From the NCBI RefSeq assembly GCF_009914755.1, contig NC_060941.1: a stretch of DNA of 64,000 bases; one strand, 5' to 3'. The stretch is from the human T2T-CHM13v2.0 reference genome, Homo sapiens. Numbering within the stretch: the first letter of the stretch is position 1; the number at the start of each line of letters is the position of its first letter. Shown here one piece after another: positions 27,438-43,004 of the stretch. Both the position numbers and the translations under genes were made by a program. A model generated the notes under the pieces. It was given only the letters and a program-made list of their open reading frames with translations. It made no database searches and was not told the DNA's origin.

Positions 27438-28854
27438 TTTTTTTTTTTTTTAATTTTATTTTAAGTTCTGGGATACACGTGCAGGTGCAGGTTTGTTACA
27501 TAGGTAAACATGTGCCATGGTGGTTTGTTGCACCCATCAACCCGTCATCTAGGTTTTAAGCCCCACATCCGTTAGTTATTTGTCCTAATTCTCTCCCTCC
27601 CCTTGCCCCCTACCCCCTGACAGGCCACGGTTTGTGATGTTCCCCTCCCTGTGTCCATGTGTTCTCTTGTTCAACCCCCAGTTATGAGTGAGAACATGCA
27701 GTGTTTGATTTTCTGTGCTTGTGTTAGTTTGCTGAGGATGATGGTTTCCAGCCTCATCCATGTCCCTGAAAAGGACATGAACTCATTCTTTTGTATGGTT
27801 ACATAGTATTCTATGGTGTATATGTGCCACATTCCAGTCTATCATCAGTGGCATTTGGGTTGGTTCCAAATCTTTGCTATTGTACATAGTGGTGCAATAA
27901 ACATACGTGTGCATATGTCTTTATAGTAGATTGATTTATAATATTTGGGGTACATACCCAGTAATGGAATTCCTGGGTCAAATAGTATTTCTGGTTCTAG
28001 ATCCTTGAAGAAACACCACACTGTCTTCCACAATGGTTGACCTAATTTACACTCCCTCCAACAGTGTAAAAGTGTTCCTATTTTTCCATGACCTCTCCAG
28101 CATCTGTTGTTTCCTGACTTTTTAATGATCGCCATTCTAACCGGTGTGAGATGGTATCTCATTGTGGTTTTGATTTGTATTTCTCTAATGACCAGTGATG
28201 ATGAGCTTTTTTTCATATGTTTGTTGGTCACATAAATGTCTTCTTTTGAGAAGTATCTGTTTATATCCTTCGCCCACTTTTTGATGGGGTTGTTTTTTTC
28301 TTATAAATTTGTGTTCCTTGTAGATTCTAGATATGAGACCTTTGTCAGATGGATAGACTGCAAATATTTTCTCCCATTCTGTAGGTTGCCTGTTCACTCT
28401 GATGATAGTTTATTTTGCTGTGCAGAAACTCTTTAGTTTAATTAGATCCCATTTGTCAATTTTGGCTTTTGTTGCCATTGGTTTTGGTCTTTTAGTCATG
28501 AAGTCTTTGCCTATGCCTATGTCCTGAATGATATTGCCTAGGTATTCTTCTAGGGTTTTTATGGTTTTAGGTTTTACATTTAAGTCTTTAATCCATCTTG
28601 AGTTAATTTTTGTGTAAGGTGCAAGGAAGGAGTCCAGTTTCTGTTTTCTGCATATGGCTAGCCAGTTTTCCCAGCACCATTTATTAAATAGGGAATCCTT
28701 TCCCCGTTGCTTGTTTTTGTCAGTTTTGTCAACGATCAGATGGTTGTAGATGTGTGATGCTACTTCTGAGGCATCTGTACTGTTCCATTGATATTGGTAC
28801 CATGCTGTTTTGGTTACTGCAGCCTTGTAGTATAGTTTGAAGTCAGGTAGCATG
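27438..28854 (-). mobile_element. L1PA8-like, 5'-truncated, ~1.4 kb
   Basis: ORF2p C-terminal ORFs 27845-28231 and 28410-28883; L1PA8-type 3'UTR ('tctaggttttaagcccc'). Exact 12-bp TSD atgaggagtggc at 27426-27437 and 28855-28866. Confidence 0.95.
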
Positions 28855-29004
28855 ATGAGGAGTGGCATTTTGGAGTTGGACAAAAGTAGACAGCAGATTC
28901 ACTAAGCTAAGAAGACATGAGATTCCTGTTGATCTAGTGCCGAAATGCTGGCAGGAAAGCTCTAACTAAACCATAGATCAGGAGTCAGGGTCCAATAACT
29001 ACAT

Positions 29005-29540
29005 AAGGTAGGTTTTGTTATTGTGCCATTTTTCAGGTAGAGAAACTGGATACAGAATGGTTCTGCCTCTTGCCCAAGGTTACACAGCAAGTAAGGAGGT
29101 ATTCAAACTAGCAGTCTAGAAACAGAGTTGCTCTCTTGATCACTAGGCAATGATGCCTTCTTTCTACTTACTGGCAAACTCAATACAAATCCTGCCATTG
29201 AATAATGAAGTTAATTAGGTTTGTTTTATTTCTGAATCTACTTGAAGTTGTAGTCTCAGAGAGTGGTCAGTTACATACGCACCAACCCTGGCCTCAGACA
29301 CCATGTCATTGGCCATGCTTTAAATAATGTAGATTCTTTGGAATCAGGCAGGTCTAGGTTTGGGTTTCCACTCTGCAGATTACTCTTTATATGATTTTGG
29401 ATAAAAAACTTAATCACCCTGAACTTCAATTTTCTCATCTGTAAGATGAAGATAATAATACTTATCCTAAAAGAATCCTTTGATAATTAAATGAAATCCT
29501 ATAAAGTGTTTGGACTAGGACTTGGCACATAGTAGATGTT
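29005..29540. mobile_element. Two MIRs in opposite orientation (~29005-29150 minus, ~29325-29540 plus)
   Basis: 'ttgcccaaggttacacagc' and 'caattttctcatctgtaagatg...ggcacatagtag'. Confidence 0.7.
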
Positions 29541-29869
29541 TCTTTCCCTTTCTTGCTATATCAAATATCGATCTGAAAAAAATCTGTTGTAATTTTTTTC
29601 ATTATTGTGCTAAAATTAAGAAGTGAGCTATACCCTATAAATCAAAGCCTACACTAGAGAAGCTTTTTCTTTATAGTTTCATAGTCATGTGGGGTAGTGG
29701 TATTTGTAATTGATGGAGTCGCAAAAACAAACAAACAACAACAACAACAACAAAACACGGTAAAGCAAAATAAGGAGAACTTCCATGAATATTAATGGAA
29801 GTTGATCTGCTCCTACTTCATATGGGTACCAAGAAAGATCCCAAACTCATTTGCTCTTTCATTTCACCC

Positions 29870-30930
29870 AACACTTACTGAGTACTTATTGTCTACTAGG
29901 GGCTGAATTACTCACTAGAAATATAGAACATTTTAAAACAAAAGGAAATGATTTCTTTTGAAAACAAGTTTTTCTCCAATCCACAGATGTTTACAGAGCA
30001 CTAGAGATGGAAACACAGGAGAGACTGTGGAGATGCTAGCATGTACAATGCTGTCTGTGTTATAACAGGGGGATGCACATGGGGTACCAAGGAGCACAGA
30101 TGCACATCACCTCCATAAGATGGGGGCCATCACGGGAGCTTCCCAGTGAAAATGCCCTCTGAACTGGATTTTGAAGGATGAGTAAATGCCTCATGAGACC
30201 TAGAAGAAGTATAACACCTTGGCTATGAGCATGTGCCCTGGAATCCCATATGAAACTCTTACTCCGTGTGTAACCACAGGTAGGGAACTTAGCTGCTCTA
30301 TGCTTCAAGTTCCTCCTTTATAAAACCAGGATACTGAGAGTACCTTACTTCATATTGTTTCTGGGAGAACTGAATGCATTAATACATGTAAAATCCTCAG
30401 AATTATATCTGGCTTATAACTAGGTGCCCATTACATTTTAACTATCCTTTTTCATCCTTCAAATTTCAGCCCTAATGAGAAGTTAAATGGCATGTACAAA
30501 GGATCAGAGACATGAGAACATAGAACCATTTGGAAAACTTCACATAGATTGATTTGACAGGAGCAGAGCACTCCTTAGGTGTACAGATAGAGCCCAGATA
30601 GTGAAGGAGGGGGCCTCGAGTCCTCCTCGAGTTCTCTGAACTTTGTCATGATTACTGTGGGAGATGTAGGATTTAAAACATGGAAATGATCAGATCTAAT
30701 TTCTATTTTAGCAAGCTCTCTCTGTTAACAATGTAGAAAGCAAGCAGGCTGAAGACAAAAGAAACTGATTGAAAAGAAACAACCAGTGCTACTGCAGTTA
30801 GTTTTCCAAGTGAAAAAGCTAAGAATCTTGACCCTGGGCATTGGCAGTGAGAATGGATGGCTTTCTTGCAGGTGGGACGGTAGAGTTGAAGACTTCCTAT
30901 AAGACTGGCCTTAATTTTCTTACCCAAAGA
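29870..30930 (-). mobile_element. Degraded L2 with a nested MIR (~30215-30445)
   Basis: 'acacttactgagtactt', 'ggattttgaaggatgagta', 'atgatcagatct...tttagcaagctctctctg'; MIR core in the middle. Confidence 0.6.
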
Positions 30931-33508
30931 TTGGGGTTGAATAAAGCTGTTTGTGCATTTTCCTCCCTGGGACTTGAATGATACAGCTTTTCTTTCTTTT
31001 TCTTCTTTTCCCCCAACATATACTTCTTTTCTTGAATGGTCTCAAAGATGATGCTTTGTGAGTGTTTGTCAACATAGAAAGAATATAGAAGAATCACTGG
31101 CCTCAGTAGGCAGGCAGCAGTCTGCTTGTGCACAGGAGTGCTGAATGGAACACCAGTGGTAAAAAGACATTCATGGATTTAAATCCTTAAGTGTGCTGTA
31201 TTACCAAGACCACACCTCCCATTCATTACAACATCTCCATGCACTCATTTCACAACAAAATGTTAGAGCGAATTTATTTTTAATCTCATCCATTTCACTG
31301 AATTAATTCATGCACTTCTGAAATATGCATCTCAAATTACTAACAATTTGGATTAATGCCATTTCCATAAAAGGTGCTAATAATGAGTTGTATCATCCCT
31401 CTATTTTAGAGAAAGAACTAATTCATCAAGGCTGACTGAGCTGCTTTAGAACCTCCTAAAAAGTACAGATGAATGTGATTTCAGAATCATTGTATTGCTA
31501 ATGTACAGGGCTAAATTTGTTGGCAAAAGTCCTCTGGTATTCTTGGTGAATGAATCCAGGTGCAGTTATTAAGGTCAAATATTATGGTGTCATTGTCGAG
31601 AGTTTTTTTCCATAAAAACTAAGGGGAGGATTACATGTCTTATAATATAGAGGTCCCTAATGAACCGTGTCCCACTTGCAGCTGTTAAGGCAAGATTCAT
31701 CTCAGTAAAAATGTGTGGTTATCAAAGTTTTAATTGTAGACTTAAGAAAATCAGAGCCTCATTAGCTATAAAATCATAAAATTATAGGCCTAGGAAAGAA
31801 GTTGTATGACTTACTTCTTATTCCCTTGGCTCTAGATGAGACAGTATGTAAAATGGTGCAGTTCCCTATGGCATGTGAAGGCCATCTGTTTGTAACACAT
31901 CTCCACTGAGGGCCAAGGTTGCTTCAGCTGATCTGGCAGGGAAGACAGCTATGTTCTCTTTCTCTCACCATTCTATTTGGGCACCTGCCAACGATGTACA
32001 TTTGGTCAAGGAGCACAGCCTTCTAAACAGAAGAGCCATTTATCTTATCAAGGGTATTCAAGGATCTGTGCTACTCTGCAAGTTCCACGTAAGTTTATTT
32101 GAGGCCAATGGGGGAATAACATAGGACAGTAAATCTTTTAAGACTGCCTTTCTCTAAAAACCTGTCCCAGAGATTGACAGCACTCACAGTTCAGAATTTG
32201 AGTACAATCTGAATCTATATACAAGAAAGATTTTAAAAACCAAACCTAATCATTGAACAAACCCAGCTCTACACGATGACTCTCTCAGGTCATGTAACTA
32301 GCTAAAGGCAGACAAGGACTATAACTCAATTATTGCACATTGTCCAAATAACCTGAGTTCCTTGAGTTGTGGAATATATTCATGTTTCTAGTTTCTCTTT
32401 TAATATTACAGTGATTTTCATTTTACTCTTCAATATTTTGGGGGATGAGATATCTGGAAAATTTAACTTCTGGCTTGCAGAATTATTGAGATGAGATGTC
32501 TGAGACAAAAGTTGACAAGTTGCTGAGTCACTGCTGAATGGTTTTATTGCCTCAGAAAATGAGGCCACGGGCCCCAAAGGTGAAAATTTCTTGTTTAAAG
32601 AAATAATCTCAACAATGCAAAGAAAAACCACACTGAATTCCCTGTGCTTTCTGGGTATGTACAATTGGTGCTTGGTATCAGAACTGAGGACAAAAAAGCC
32701 TGAACATGCTTGGCCAGGAGAGCATGAGCTTGGAATTTTTTACACTCTTCAGGAGACTAAAAGAGCAACAAGGGAGAAGCAGCAATTAGAGTTTCAAATT
32801 CCTGTGCCACTTTCTCTATCCCAACCTTATAAAATAATCAAATGTACCTACCAGTCCTTTCCTAGCTCTGCTTGATATTTAATTTAGTAGGGACTTGTGC
32901 TAAGGACTGCATACTTAAAAGGATTTATGAGCAGACTGTTTGGAGGAAACTTTACAGTTTCAGGATCGCAACTCAAACCCACTAAAGAGAGTGTTATTTC
33001 CTTGTTGTAAACTCAATTTCTGCAACTAGGAAAATTCCTGTGAAAATTAGAGCTATTTTACCTAAAAGGGCCCTTATGATTCTGTCAGGACCAACCACTT
33101 TGAGCACTGGAAATGTAGTTGCAGGTCGGGGGTGGAATGGCAGGTGAAAAGTAGAAGTTCAGCGATTTAGAGTCACTGAAAAAGTCATTTGGAGATTTCT
33201 GCTGGTAGGAAGGGGGAAAATTTGTGAAGCTAACCAAGTAGCCAACAAATGCTTTTTCATCTTTCTATCTTAAGTACTTTAAAATGATAAAATAGAAAAA
33301 AGCACAGACTGAGAAATGTCTGTCAGGGTTAATAGCTTTCTTTTGAATATGTATTAAAAAAACAGTATCTGGGTTACAGCCAGTTCTGATGAATTTTCAA
33401 ATGATAGATTTTTAATTGAAAAAATAGTTTTCTATATGTGAAAGAATCAAGAAGGAAAAAAAATGTCTTGCTTTCAGCCCTATAATGCTAACCAGAATTA
33501 GGTTAGAC

Positions 33509-33731
33509 CAGGGGTCAGCAAACTATTTTTTTAAAGGTCCATGTAGTAAATATTTTAGGCTTTTCTGCCTCAAACCATCACAACTACTTCACTCTCCTGT
33601 TATGCTATGAAAGTAACTGCAGACATTTCATAAGCAAATGGGTGGGGCTGTGCTCCAATAAAACATTATTTATAAGAGCAGTCAGTTTCCTGAAATTGGC
33701 CTATTGGCTGGCTGTAGTTTACCAGCCCCAG
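33509..33731. mobile_element. MER58A (hAT-Charlie MITE)
   Basis: 'caggggtcagcaaact...gtaaatattttaggcttt...ccaataaaac...tagtttaccagcccc'. Confidence 0.88.
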
Positions 33732-35867
33732 TCTTGACTTTCATGCCAAAGCTGGCTGCTTAAAATCCTAAGGGGGTCAAATTTCAAACTGAACCTTCAT
33801 AGAAAAAGAAAGTACATGTGTGAAATGGAGGTATGGGGTTACCATAGATCCCATGTTGATGGATGCTATATAAAATTTTGGAATATTCCTTGACTTTCTC
33901 TTGACTTGACATTTTTGACATTCCACATAAAAATCAAAGATTTATGAATTAAGTGTATGCTCCTGGTCTACTCTGATTTAAGGAATCCTAATTTAATTGT
34001 CAGAAATAAAAAGTGGATATCATAGAAGAGAGGGGTAGGGGTTGGTTTGTGATGAATCCAACCCACTTCACCTCTCTAAATGAGAAACACAAAGCGTTTT
34101 ATAAATATGAGGCATGGAAATGGTGATGTAAGACTGGCATTGAGATGAGAAAAGACTAATAGACTCTTAGCTAACTTTTCTCAATCTTATCCCATGGGAT
34201 GCCATACAAAAACTTGAAATGGGGGAATCACCAGCAATTCAGATAGTTTAACTCTCATATTTTAGAGTTTTCATTTGAGGAATTATGCCTTTAAAATTCA
34301 TATACCATTTATCACTCTGTTTTATGTGAGAGAAAGGAACTGCCTAATGTCCATATGTGTTGTCATTTGTTAAAGGCTTTCTTTAAATGTGATGATAAAT
34401 CAGTCTCCAGCTGTGCGTCAGCAACACTGTCACACTGAGAAAAGGAACCTTGGCTCCTTCTCATATTTTAGGCTTCTCTTAAAATGAACAGAATTTTTGT
34501 TTGATCTTTATAGAATCAAAGAGAAAAAAGATGTTAGAAAGTCTCCTTTATCACCTAAAATATAACCTTGTGCACACATTGGGCTTCTTTTCAACACTAT
34601 AACGGAACTTCTCTGGCTGCTGCAAAAGATTCTCTTAGCAAGAACTCTACACTTTATGATTTTTTATGTAGTACGACTAGTAACCCAGTCATAACCTCTG
34701 ATAATTGATTTATTCTAAAGAACATAAAGATTTTTTCTATAGAGTTATTATTTAATTTTTAATGTATATTTTCAAAATTTCAAGTGAACAGAATATTTTC
34801 AAGCAAAAGAATACAGTAAGTTTTCCTCTGTTTGTTAGAGAAGGTCCAATTTGGGTGGGTTCTTAGATTATAGAAAAAGTAGCCCTTCTTTGCCCCGTTT
34901 CTGATCTTGTGATCTTTACTTATAGTTTATCCCTGATCTTTCATCTACTGCAGATTTTCTTGTATTTGCACTATGAGGAGATCTCCTTTTGGCCTGTCTG
35001 GTCTCTCTTTTAATGAATCATTTAAAAGACCTGTACTTTTTTACTCATGCAAAAGGCAATACTGGTTGTATCTGTGTCAGGAAGACACAAAAATTAGGAA
35101 AGGTACTTTTTCTGGCAACAACTATGAGACATCAGGAAAAGAGGTAGGATTCAGAGCTATAAGATCTTGATTCAGACTCAACTTTGTGAACATTTTAGCC
35201 AAATCATAACCTTTCTGAGCCTCATCTGAAAAGGGGATCGTATTATCATCTCATTCAGAGTTGTGAAGATGAAAGAAGATAATACATTTTGAGGATTAAA
35301 AGGGATAATGCATGTAGAAATGCTTTGTAGATGCTTTATAGATTGCACAGTGCTAATCTGTTATTGTTGGCCTGATAACTTTACTTCTCTATACTGGGAA
35401 AGTCATCTCGTGAATGTAACTCTACTCTCCCTTGAGCCAGATTGCCTTGGATAGGATCAGGTATCAGGTAAGTTGTTTGGCTCCCATATCACTGTCTGCA
35501 AATTGTGTAAACATGTGCTTTTGTAGCCCACACTGATGTTGGCCTGAAATACTAAGAACAATACCACTCCACTTAGCCATTTAGCTAGTGGCAGTAGAGA
35601 GGTCTAGGGGGAAAAGAAGAGAACCAATGAGCTAAAGAATAAAGGGAATATTATGATGATGCTACACCAGAGTCAAATGATTTCTTCAGAAGGAGGAGCT
35701 TTTCCCAAGTGATCCCACAATGAGAAATGGTTTAATTCATTTCTACAGATCAAAGAGATCAAACAGAAAATTGGAACAGGGCACAAGGGAACACCATGCT
35801 AAAATGGCAACAGGCAATTCTCACAAGGTGTAGAAAAAGATGAGGACTCTGCACTTCAATAGTAAAA

Positions 35868-36177
35868 TTTTTTTTTTTTTTTGAGACAGAGTCTCACTCT
35901 GTTGCCCAGGCTGGAGTGTAGTGGTGTGATCATGGCTCACTGCAGCCTCAACCTCCCAGAACCTCCCAGGCTCAAGTGATTCTCCCACCGCAGCCTCCCA
36001 AGTACCTGGGACTACAGGTATGTAGCATCACACCTGGATAATATTTTAAATTTTCTTTTATAGAGACAGAATCTCACTATGTTGCCCAGGCTGGTCTTGA
36101 AATCCTGGGCTTAAGCAATCTTTCTGACTCTGCCTCCCAAAGTGCAGGATTACATGCATGAACCACTGTGCCTGACT
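35868..36177 (-). mobile_element. AluJ
   Basis: TSD aatagtaaaa at 35858-35867 and 36178-36187. Internal 10-bp duplication aacctcccag at 35950-35969. Confidence 0.95.
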
Positions 36178-37822
36178 AATAGTAAAACCTTAACAACTGT
36201 CGGTGGAGAGACTGAATTTTTTTGTATTCCAATATTCTTCAACAGTAAGAAGTGACTAATACAGCATAAACTTGTGTGGGATAGGAGCTGCCTGAGATCA
36301 GGACAAAACCGTCCATGAAGAATTGTGAAATAAAAGGAACCAAATAAGTCCACTGCAAAAACTCTAATGTTCCTTAATGAATAGGCTTAGAATCATACTA
36401 TAAAAATTAGATAAATACATAAAACCATATTGCATGGAATTCAATTTATTTTGTAGATAGTTACGCTTCTAAGATGTATTGTCTTAATAGTTTTTCTGTC
36501 TCTTTCTGTCTCTCTCTATATATATTTTATATATATATAATAAATGTGTCTGTGTGTATGTAACTTTCAAAAAGTATTATAAGAAATTACCTGACATGAG
36601 TGAAAAGCAACTGATACATAGTCAAAATCTGTTGTTCAGAATGGGTGAAGAAAACAGCCTCATCACCCCTAACAGAATTGTGTCATCACCAGGGATCTTT
36701 TTAATCTAGTTTTGTCACATTGCTTACTGTGAAATGTTCTCCTGACTCTTAGATTCACATATGTGAGCAGAAACTGTTAGGATTTGTAATTTTCAAATCA
36801 TTTACATTCATGGGGGTAGAGTTGGTGTGATACAGAATCATTCCTTAAATAAACTAAACTCAAAATCCTACAAAAAGTGAGATGAGAAGAGCTCTCAGGA
36901 AGAATCACTAACGGAGGGAGAGCAATTTTCCAAGGGAGTTTTGCCTCTTTGATGAGCACATCCTACTTTTAAACCTGATACCAAGCACGTTCAGCCTCCA
37001 CAGACACTGCTCTTGCTGGAACAGACTGAAATGTCTTAAGCACAGCTTGATTAATATTAAGGAATTAGCAAAGTGCAAAGAAGGCACACAAATGTAAAAT
37101 CAAAATCATTACATTTAAGAATTGTAAACTTAGGATATCACAATGTGTTCAACAGACATGGTACTAATTACAGAATATAAATTAATTAATCAAAACTAGA
37201 TTCAAATACTGGCTCTGCTATTATTAGCTATGCAATATTGGAAAAGTGCATTTCCATGAACATCATTCCTTATTTTTCTAAAGAAGGTAGTGGTAGTGGT
37301 ATTTTTTTCATGTTATATATATAGTTCAGTCTCCCAGGAATAGCTGAATGATCCAGAGGTTTACATTTGACCAGCAATGGCTAATCAGATGCTTTCCCCT
37401 AAGAAACTGGAAATTTTAATGGAAAGATAAGACTAAAAGCCTTTGTAGTAGACTGACATTGATACCATTACTCTAAAGAGACCATAGACCCTTGCTTCTA
37501 AGGTTCTACAGATTATCTTTTTTCCTTGCATCTCCACAGGCATGTTCAACTCTTCCTTTGATCCTGTGAGATACCTAAGGGTTCTTCCAATAATTGTTGC
37601 TGGATTTGTTTGGGTTTCTTTTTTGTTTGTGCTTGTTTTTGTATTTTGTTTTGTTTGTGGTTCTAACTAGCCATAACTTGCTTTTTATTTCATGCAATCA
37701 GAATTTTGAATCAAAAAGAAATAAGCATTAGGAAGGAGTATGCTATAAGTAAAAATTTCTGAAATGTGGAATTAATCTAGGTAAAGTAGGAGCAGTGGTT
37801 CCCCATGATCTTAAACTGTGAA

Positions 37823-38177
37823 TGATTTGGTTTGGCTGTGTCCCAACCCATATCTCATAATTGTAACTCCGACAGTTCCCATGTGTCATGGGAGAAACCT
37901 AGTGGGAGGTAATTGAATCATGGGGGGGAGCCTTTCCCATGCTCTTCTCATGATAGTGAATGAGTCTCACGGGATCTGATGGTTTTAAAAATGGGAGTTT
38001 CCCTGCGCTAGCTTTCTTCTCTTATCTTCCGCCATGTGAGACATACTTTTCACCTTCCACCATGATTGTGAGGCCTACCCAGCCACATAGAACTGTAAGC
38101 CCATTAAACCTCTTTCATTTGTAAATTGCCCAGTCTCAGGTATGTCTTCATCAGCAGCATGAAAATGAACTAATGCA
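37823..38177 (+). mobile_element. THE1 (B/C-like) MaLR solo LTR
   Basis: TGATTTGGTTTGGCTGTGTCCC start; end 'cagcagcatgaaaatgaactaatgca'; 355 bp. Confidence 0.95.
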
Positions 38178-38745
38178 GTAAGGTATATCAACTGATGCCA
38201 CAGTAGTTATTTAAAGGATTCTTCAATCCCATAGTCCCTGTGGCTTGGGTGGCATGTGATCCAGGTTGGCCAACTGAATCATCAAATCTTCAAGACTCAC
38301 TAGAAGTGATTAATTCAGTATACACTCATGACCCAACTTAATTCACTAAGATTCAAGTCTAGAGCTTTCATTTGAATTGTTAGGAAGGAAGAGTCTCTTT
38401 CTATTGCTTAATGAGGGACTAGAACATACAACTAGTGCTACTAGCAGCAGTCTTGGGAACTCAAGCAGAGAATTTGCCTAAGAAAGAATCGATACAGAGG
38501 AAAGCATAGCCAAGAAATGGGAGAATGCAAATTTGCTTGAGAAATTAGATGTAGCCAGGCCTGCATATTATCTTGTTACAAATACCTGAGGCCCTGAAAA
38601 TAAATACAGCTTTGTAAAAATAATTTCCTTCTTTGATATCTTGGATACTTCTATAACATTATTAAAGCTTTTAGTTTTGTCTGTATTTAAATTGCTATGG
38701 TATTTTCAAGTTGCATCAGCCAGCACTGTATCAGTGGCTAAAAGC

Positions 38746-38887
38746 TTTTGTGTTTGTTGTTGTTGTTTTGTTTTGTTTTTTGTTTTTCGTTTTTTGTTTT
38801 TTTTTTTTGAGACAGGGTCTCACTCTGTTGCCCAGGTTGGAGTACAGTGGTGCAATCACAGCTCACTGCAGCCTCAACCTTCCTAGC
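38746..38887 (-). mobile_element. AluJ 3' fragment (tail plus ~80 bp); part of the inverted duplication
   Basis: T/G-rich tail followed by 'gagacagggtctcactctgttgcccagg...gcagcctcaacc'. Confidence 0.9.
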
Positions 38888-38900
38888 TCCTAGCTTCCTA

Positions 38901-39214
<314 letters not shown>

Positions 39215-39228
39215 CTAATGCAACTTGA

Positions 39229-39620
<392 letters not shown>

Positions 39621-41454
39621 TTAATTTAGCTCAGTTGCCTAAGTGCTTGGCAAAGCTTGATGTGCTTAAGTTGCCTAACTTATATAGATGATTCCATAAA
39701 AGAGAGTTCATCTCTTCTGGACTTCCCAAGGTAAGAGGACACACACTAGCCTGTCCTTCTGCTACTGCATCTACTGGGAGTCACTAATTAGACATGTTTT
39801 TTCCCATGTTGCAGGACAAAAAAAGCACCCAACTTTGTTGAGGATTGAAGACCCTGGGCTGTCAGGACACCTTTACCATCTTCTTGGCTGTATTAATGAG
39901 ACTCTGTTACCACTTCACTATCCTCTTGGCTGGAATGCTTTATGTGGTTCCCTGCTATGTCTAAGAAAAACAAGTGGTTGTCTTGAAGCTTACTTATGTT
40001 TTATCTACATTAAGCGATTCTAATTCCATGCATAAAACCCACTTATTTAGAAGATAAAGAATCTGTTATAGTTACCACCTCTGAAACTAGAAAATTTGTT
40101 TCTGATTCCACTAATACACAGTCTATGTCCTAGATTTTTCAGGTACAGGAGCCAATAAATTCTTTCTGTCTCAAGCCAATTTGAATTGCATTTTCTGTCA
40201 TTTGAAGCCAAAAGAGTCTTAACTAATACAGTGGCTTGCCTACGACAATAGGCTTATCTAGTTTTATAGCCTTGGGCAAGCCTGAGTATTATCTGTTCTT
40301 TCTTTCATCCTCAGATCTTCCTTGCTGATGAGCCTTATGTCTTTCTACTTTTTTACTCATCCCAATCCTCATATGTGCAATGTACCACAATAAGTTGCCT
40401 GTTGAAGTCGTCGGTGTTCAACAGATATTTTTGAAGTCAACCTAAAGGAACATTAATACTGACTGGTTTTAAATAGTTTTAAGTATTTCTGTAAAGATCA
40501 TTTACTTAACAGTGAGAGTCATACTCTGTTTATCTCTATATGCCCTGAACCTAGGAAAATCCTAAGCATATTGGTTGCATAAATTAATAAAGTTAAAATG
40601 AATTAGAAAAACTCACTGGGTGGGGGAGTTGAAATGGATAACTGCCAGGACAGGGTCCCTGTAGGCTATATAAAAATGTTGCATGAGAAAATTCTTTTTT
40701 ATGAGAAAGAACAAAAGGCAAAATCATAATAAGAATGCCTAAAACAAGCAAAAGGTATACCAGAGGCTGTACAAAGGTTTGATGCCCTAGGGAAAGTAGA
40801 ATTGCTTACACTGCTTTGGTAGTAGAAAGAGAACGGTTATACTCTCATAAGTCATGTGGACACCCTCAATTAATTATCATAATCTGGTAAGGAGAAGGCC
40901 CAGTACTGCCATGTCATGGAGACTACCATGTGAATCATGACCCTACATCATAGCAGCCCTAGGACAGCCAGTGGGGTCTTATCCAAGGAAGGACCATGGC
41001 CCCTTAGGAGGATGATCCCACCTCTCTTATTTTCTTCTCCTTTCATTCCAGACTCATGTATTCGATTAAAGCAGGGAAGGTGGGGGGCAGTGGGAAAAGA
41101 CATTTAAGCTAACAATTTTAAAGTCTATGTTAGCAAAATCCCTAGTCCCTACATAGTCCTAAGGAGAAATTTTCCCTAACTGAAATAAAGTTTATTTTGA
41201 TAGTCTCATCTTTCCAAGCAGTCTAACACAAACAGCCTAGTTTTTTCTACTGGCAAAATGAACATAATACTACCTGCCCTGTATTCCTATAGTTATTGTA
41301 ATAACTGTTGCCAAAATAAACTCATATATCTGAAAGTACTTTGTAAATTGGAACACATTTTATGGTTACAAGTTTTATTATTCTTCCTTATGCCCATACC
41401 TGGTGTCCGGACATTGAGGATTTGGCCCTGAGTAAGTCAAGCACAAATACTGAC

Positions 41455-41812
41455 TAGTTAGAATTAACCACTTGCTGCAAATAACAGCCCCCTAATAACG
41501 GTGGCTTGGCACAATATGTCCTTCATCTCATACTCCATCATAGTCAGCAGTTTATTATTCATCTCAGTTTCTTGGATCTCATGGCCTCACCCAAATCTAG
41601 ATTCAGAGCCCTCTCATTACACCAGCCAATGGGGAAACAGAGGGAAGGCAGAGCACAGGAGGATTTTCTAAGCAGGTGCACATCATGTTTCCTCCCATTC
41701 TGTTACACAAAACTCAAATCACATTGCCATGCCTAACTACAAATGGAACTGGAAATGACAAGCTTGCTGGTACCCAAGAGAAAGAGCAGAATATGAATAG
41801 TTGTGAGCACTG
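41455..41812 (-). mobile_element. Old ERVL/MaLR LTR (MLT1J/LTR33-like)
   Basis: 'gctgcaaataacagccccctaataacggtggctt', 'gccatgcctaactacaaatggaactggaaatg'. Confidence 0.5.
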
Positions 41813-43004
41813 GATCAGAGACACTTGGCCAAGGCGTTAATGAATTTACACAATTCTTCATCCTACATTTCATGAAGAGATCTTCCCCAACCTTGTCCCC
41901 CACACCATCTGGTTTATAGACCCATTATAAAACCTAATAAAGTACACTGTAATCTTCTTGAGTATAGGAACTTTTTTTTCACTTTATTCCCACAATGTTT
42001 AAATATAGTGGGCACACAAAATGTGCTAGTTGAATCTATAAAACTAGTCAGGTACCTGACTCCCAACTCATTTAAAGAATTCAAGTCCAAAATCAGTGGT
42101 GGTTTCTTAAGCACTCCCACAGTGCAAAGTTGCTGCCAAGAAATGAATGCCTGACCAGAAAAGTTCTCAAACTCCACTTTCTAACCCAGAGACTTCTGTC
42201 ACCTAATACAGAGCTTAGCACATAGTAATTGTAAATATTAACTGTGGTGAGCAAACGAGTAAGTGATTAAGTGAATAATTTAATGAATTAACATGAGACT
42301 AACCCAAAAGTTTTATAAATCCAGTGAGTTTGCTATTTGGATCATTTGGAAATCAGTAATGTTAGTTTTCTTTTATTCTCTCATTCTTTTCTAGTCTTTT
42401 GACTCTGTCCCACATCAGTCTAACTGAAGAGCTGTTGTCTGGTAGGCGAAAGACTGTAGATTTAGTTCTTGATTGAACGTTAACTCTGGGTTCTTGAGCA
42501 ACTCAGCAGATCCCAAGGCTGCCCCTCTGTCCTCTGAATCATAGCCTTTATTTGTTACTCACGTAGGACTTACTCACACAATAGCTGTACCAGCTTATTG
42601 TCTTGCATTAGTGTTATCTTTCAGATTATCACATAAGTCTTCATCTGGGGAGGACTTTTCTCCCCTAATTCATTGTGAACAACAGCAGTGTATGGCTCAC
42701 GTGTATTTTCTTTGTTACTTCTCATTGTCTAACAAAGTCACCTTTGCTAAACAGAAAGGAGTAATTCGATAAATAACCCCGAGATTTGCTGAGAAATTGT
42801 TCTACATTCAGCAGACACTTTGGCTCTGGCCATGTGCCAGTGCAACGCTGAGCTGTACACCCAACTCATGGTCCTTGCCATTAGGGAGCATCATCCAGTG
42901 GAGTAAGAAAGATATTAAACAAGTACCCATTATGCAATGTCATAAGTGCCATAAATAAGTATAAAGGATTATAAAGCAGAGGTGAAGAAACTTAATAAAT
43001 TGCC

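Noticed and set aside
34389-34438. Possible box C/D snoRNA (GTGATGA...CTGA)
   Set aside because: Only 50 nt between the boxes, no terminal stem and no recognisable guide sequence.
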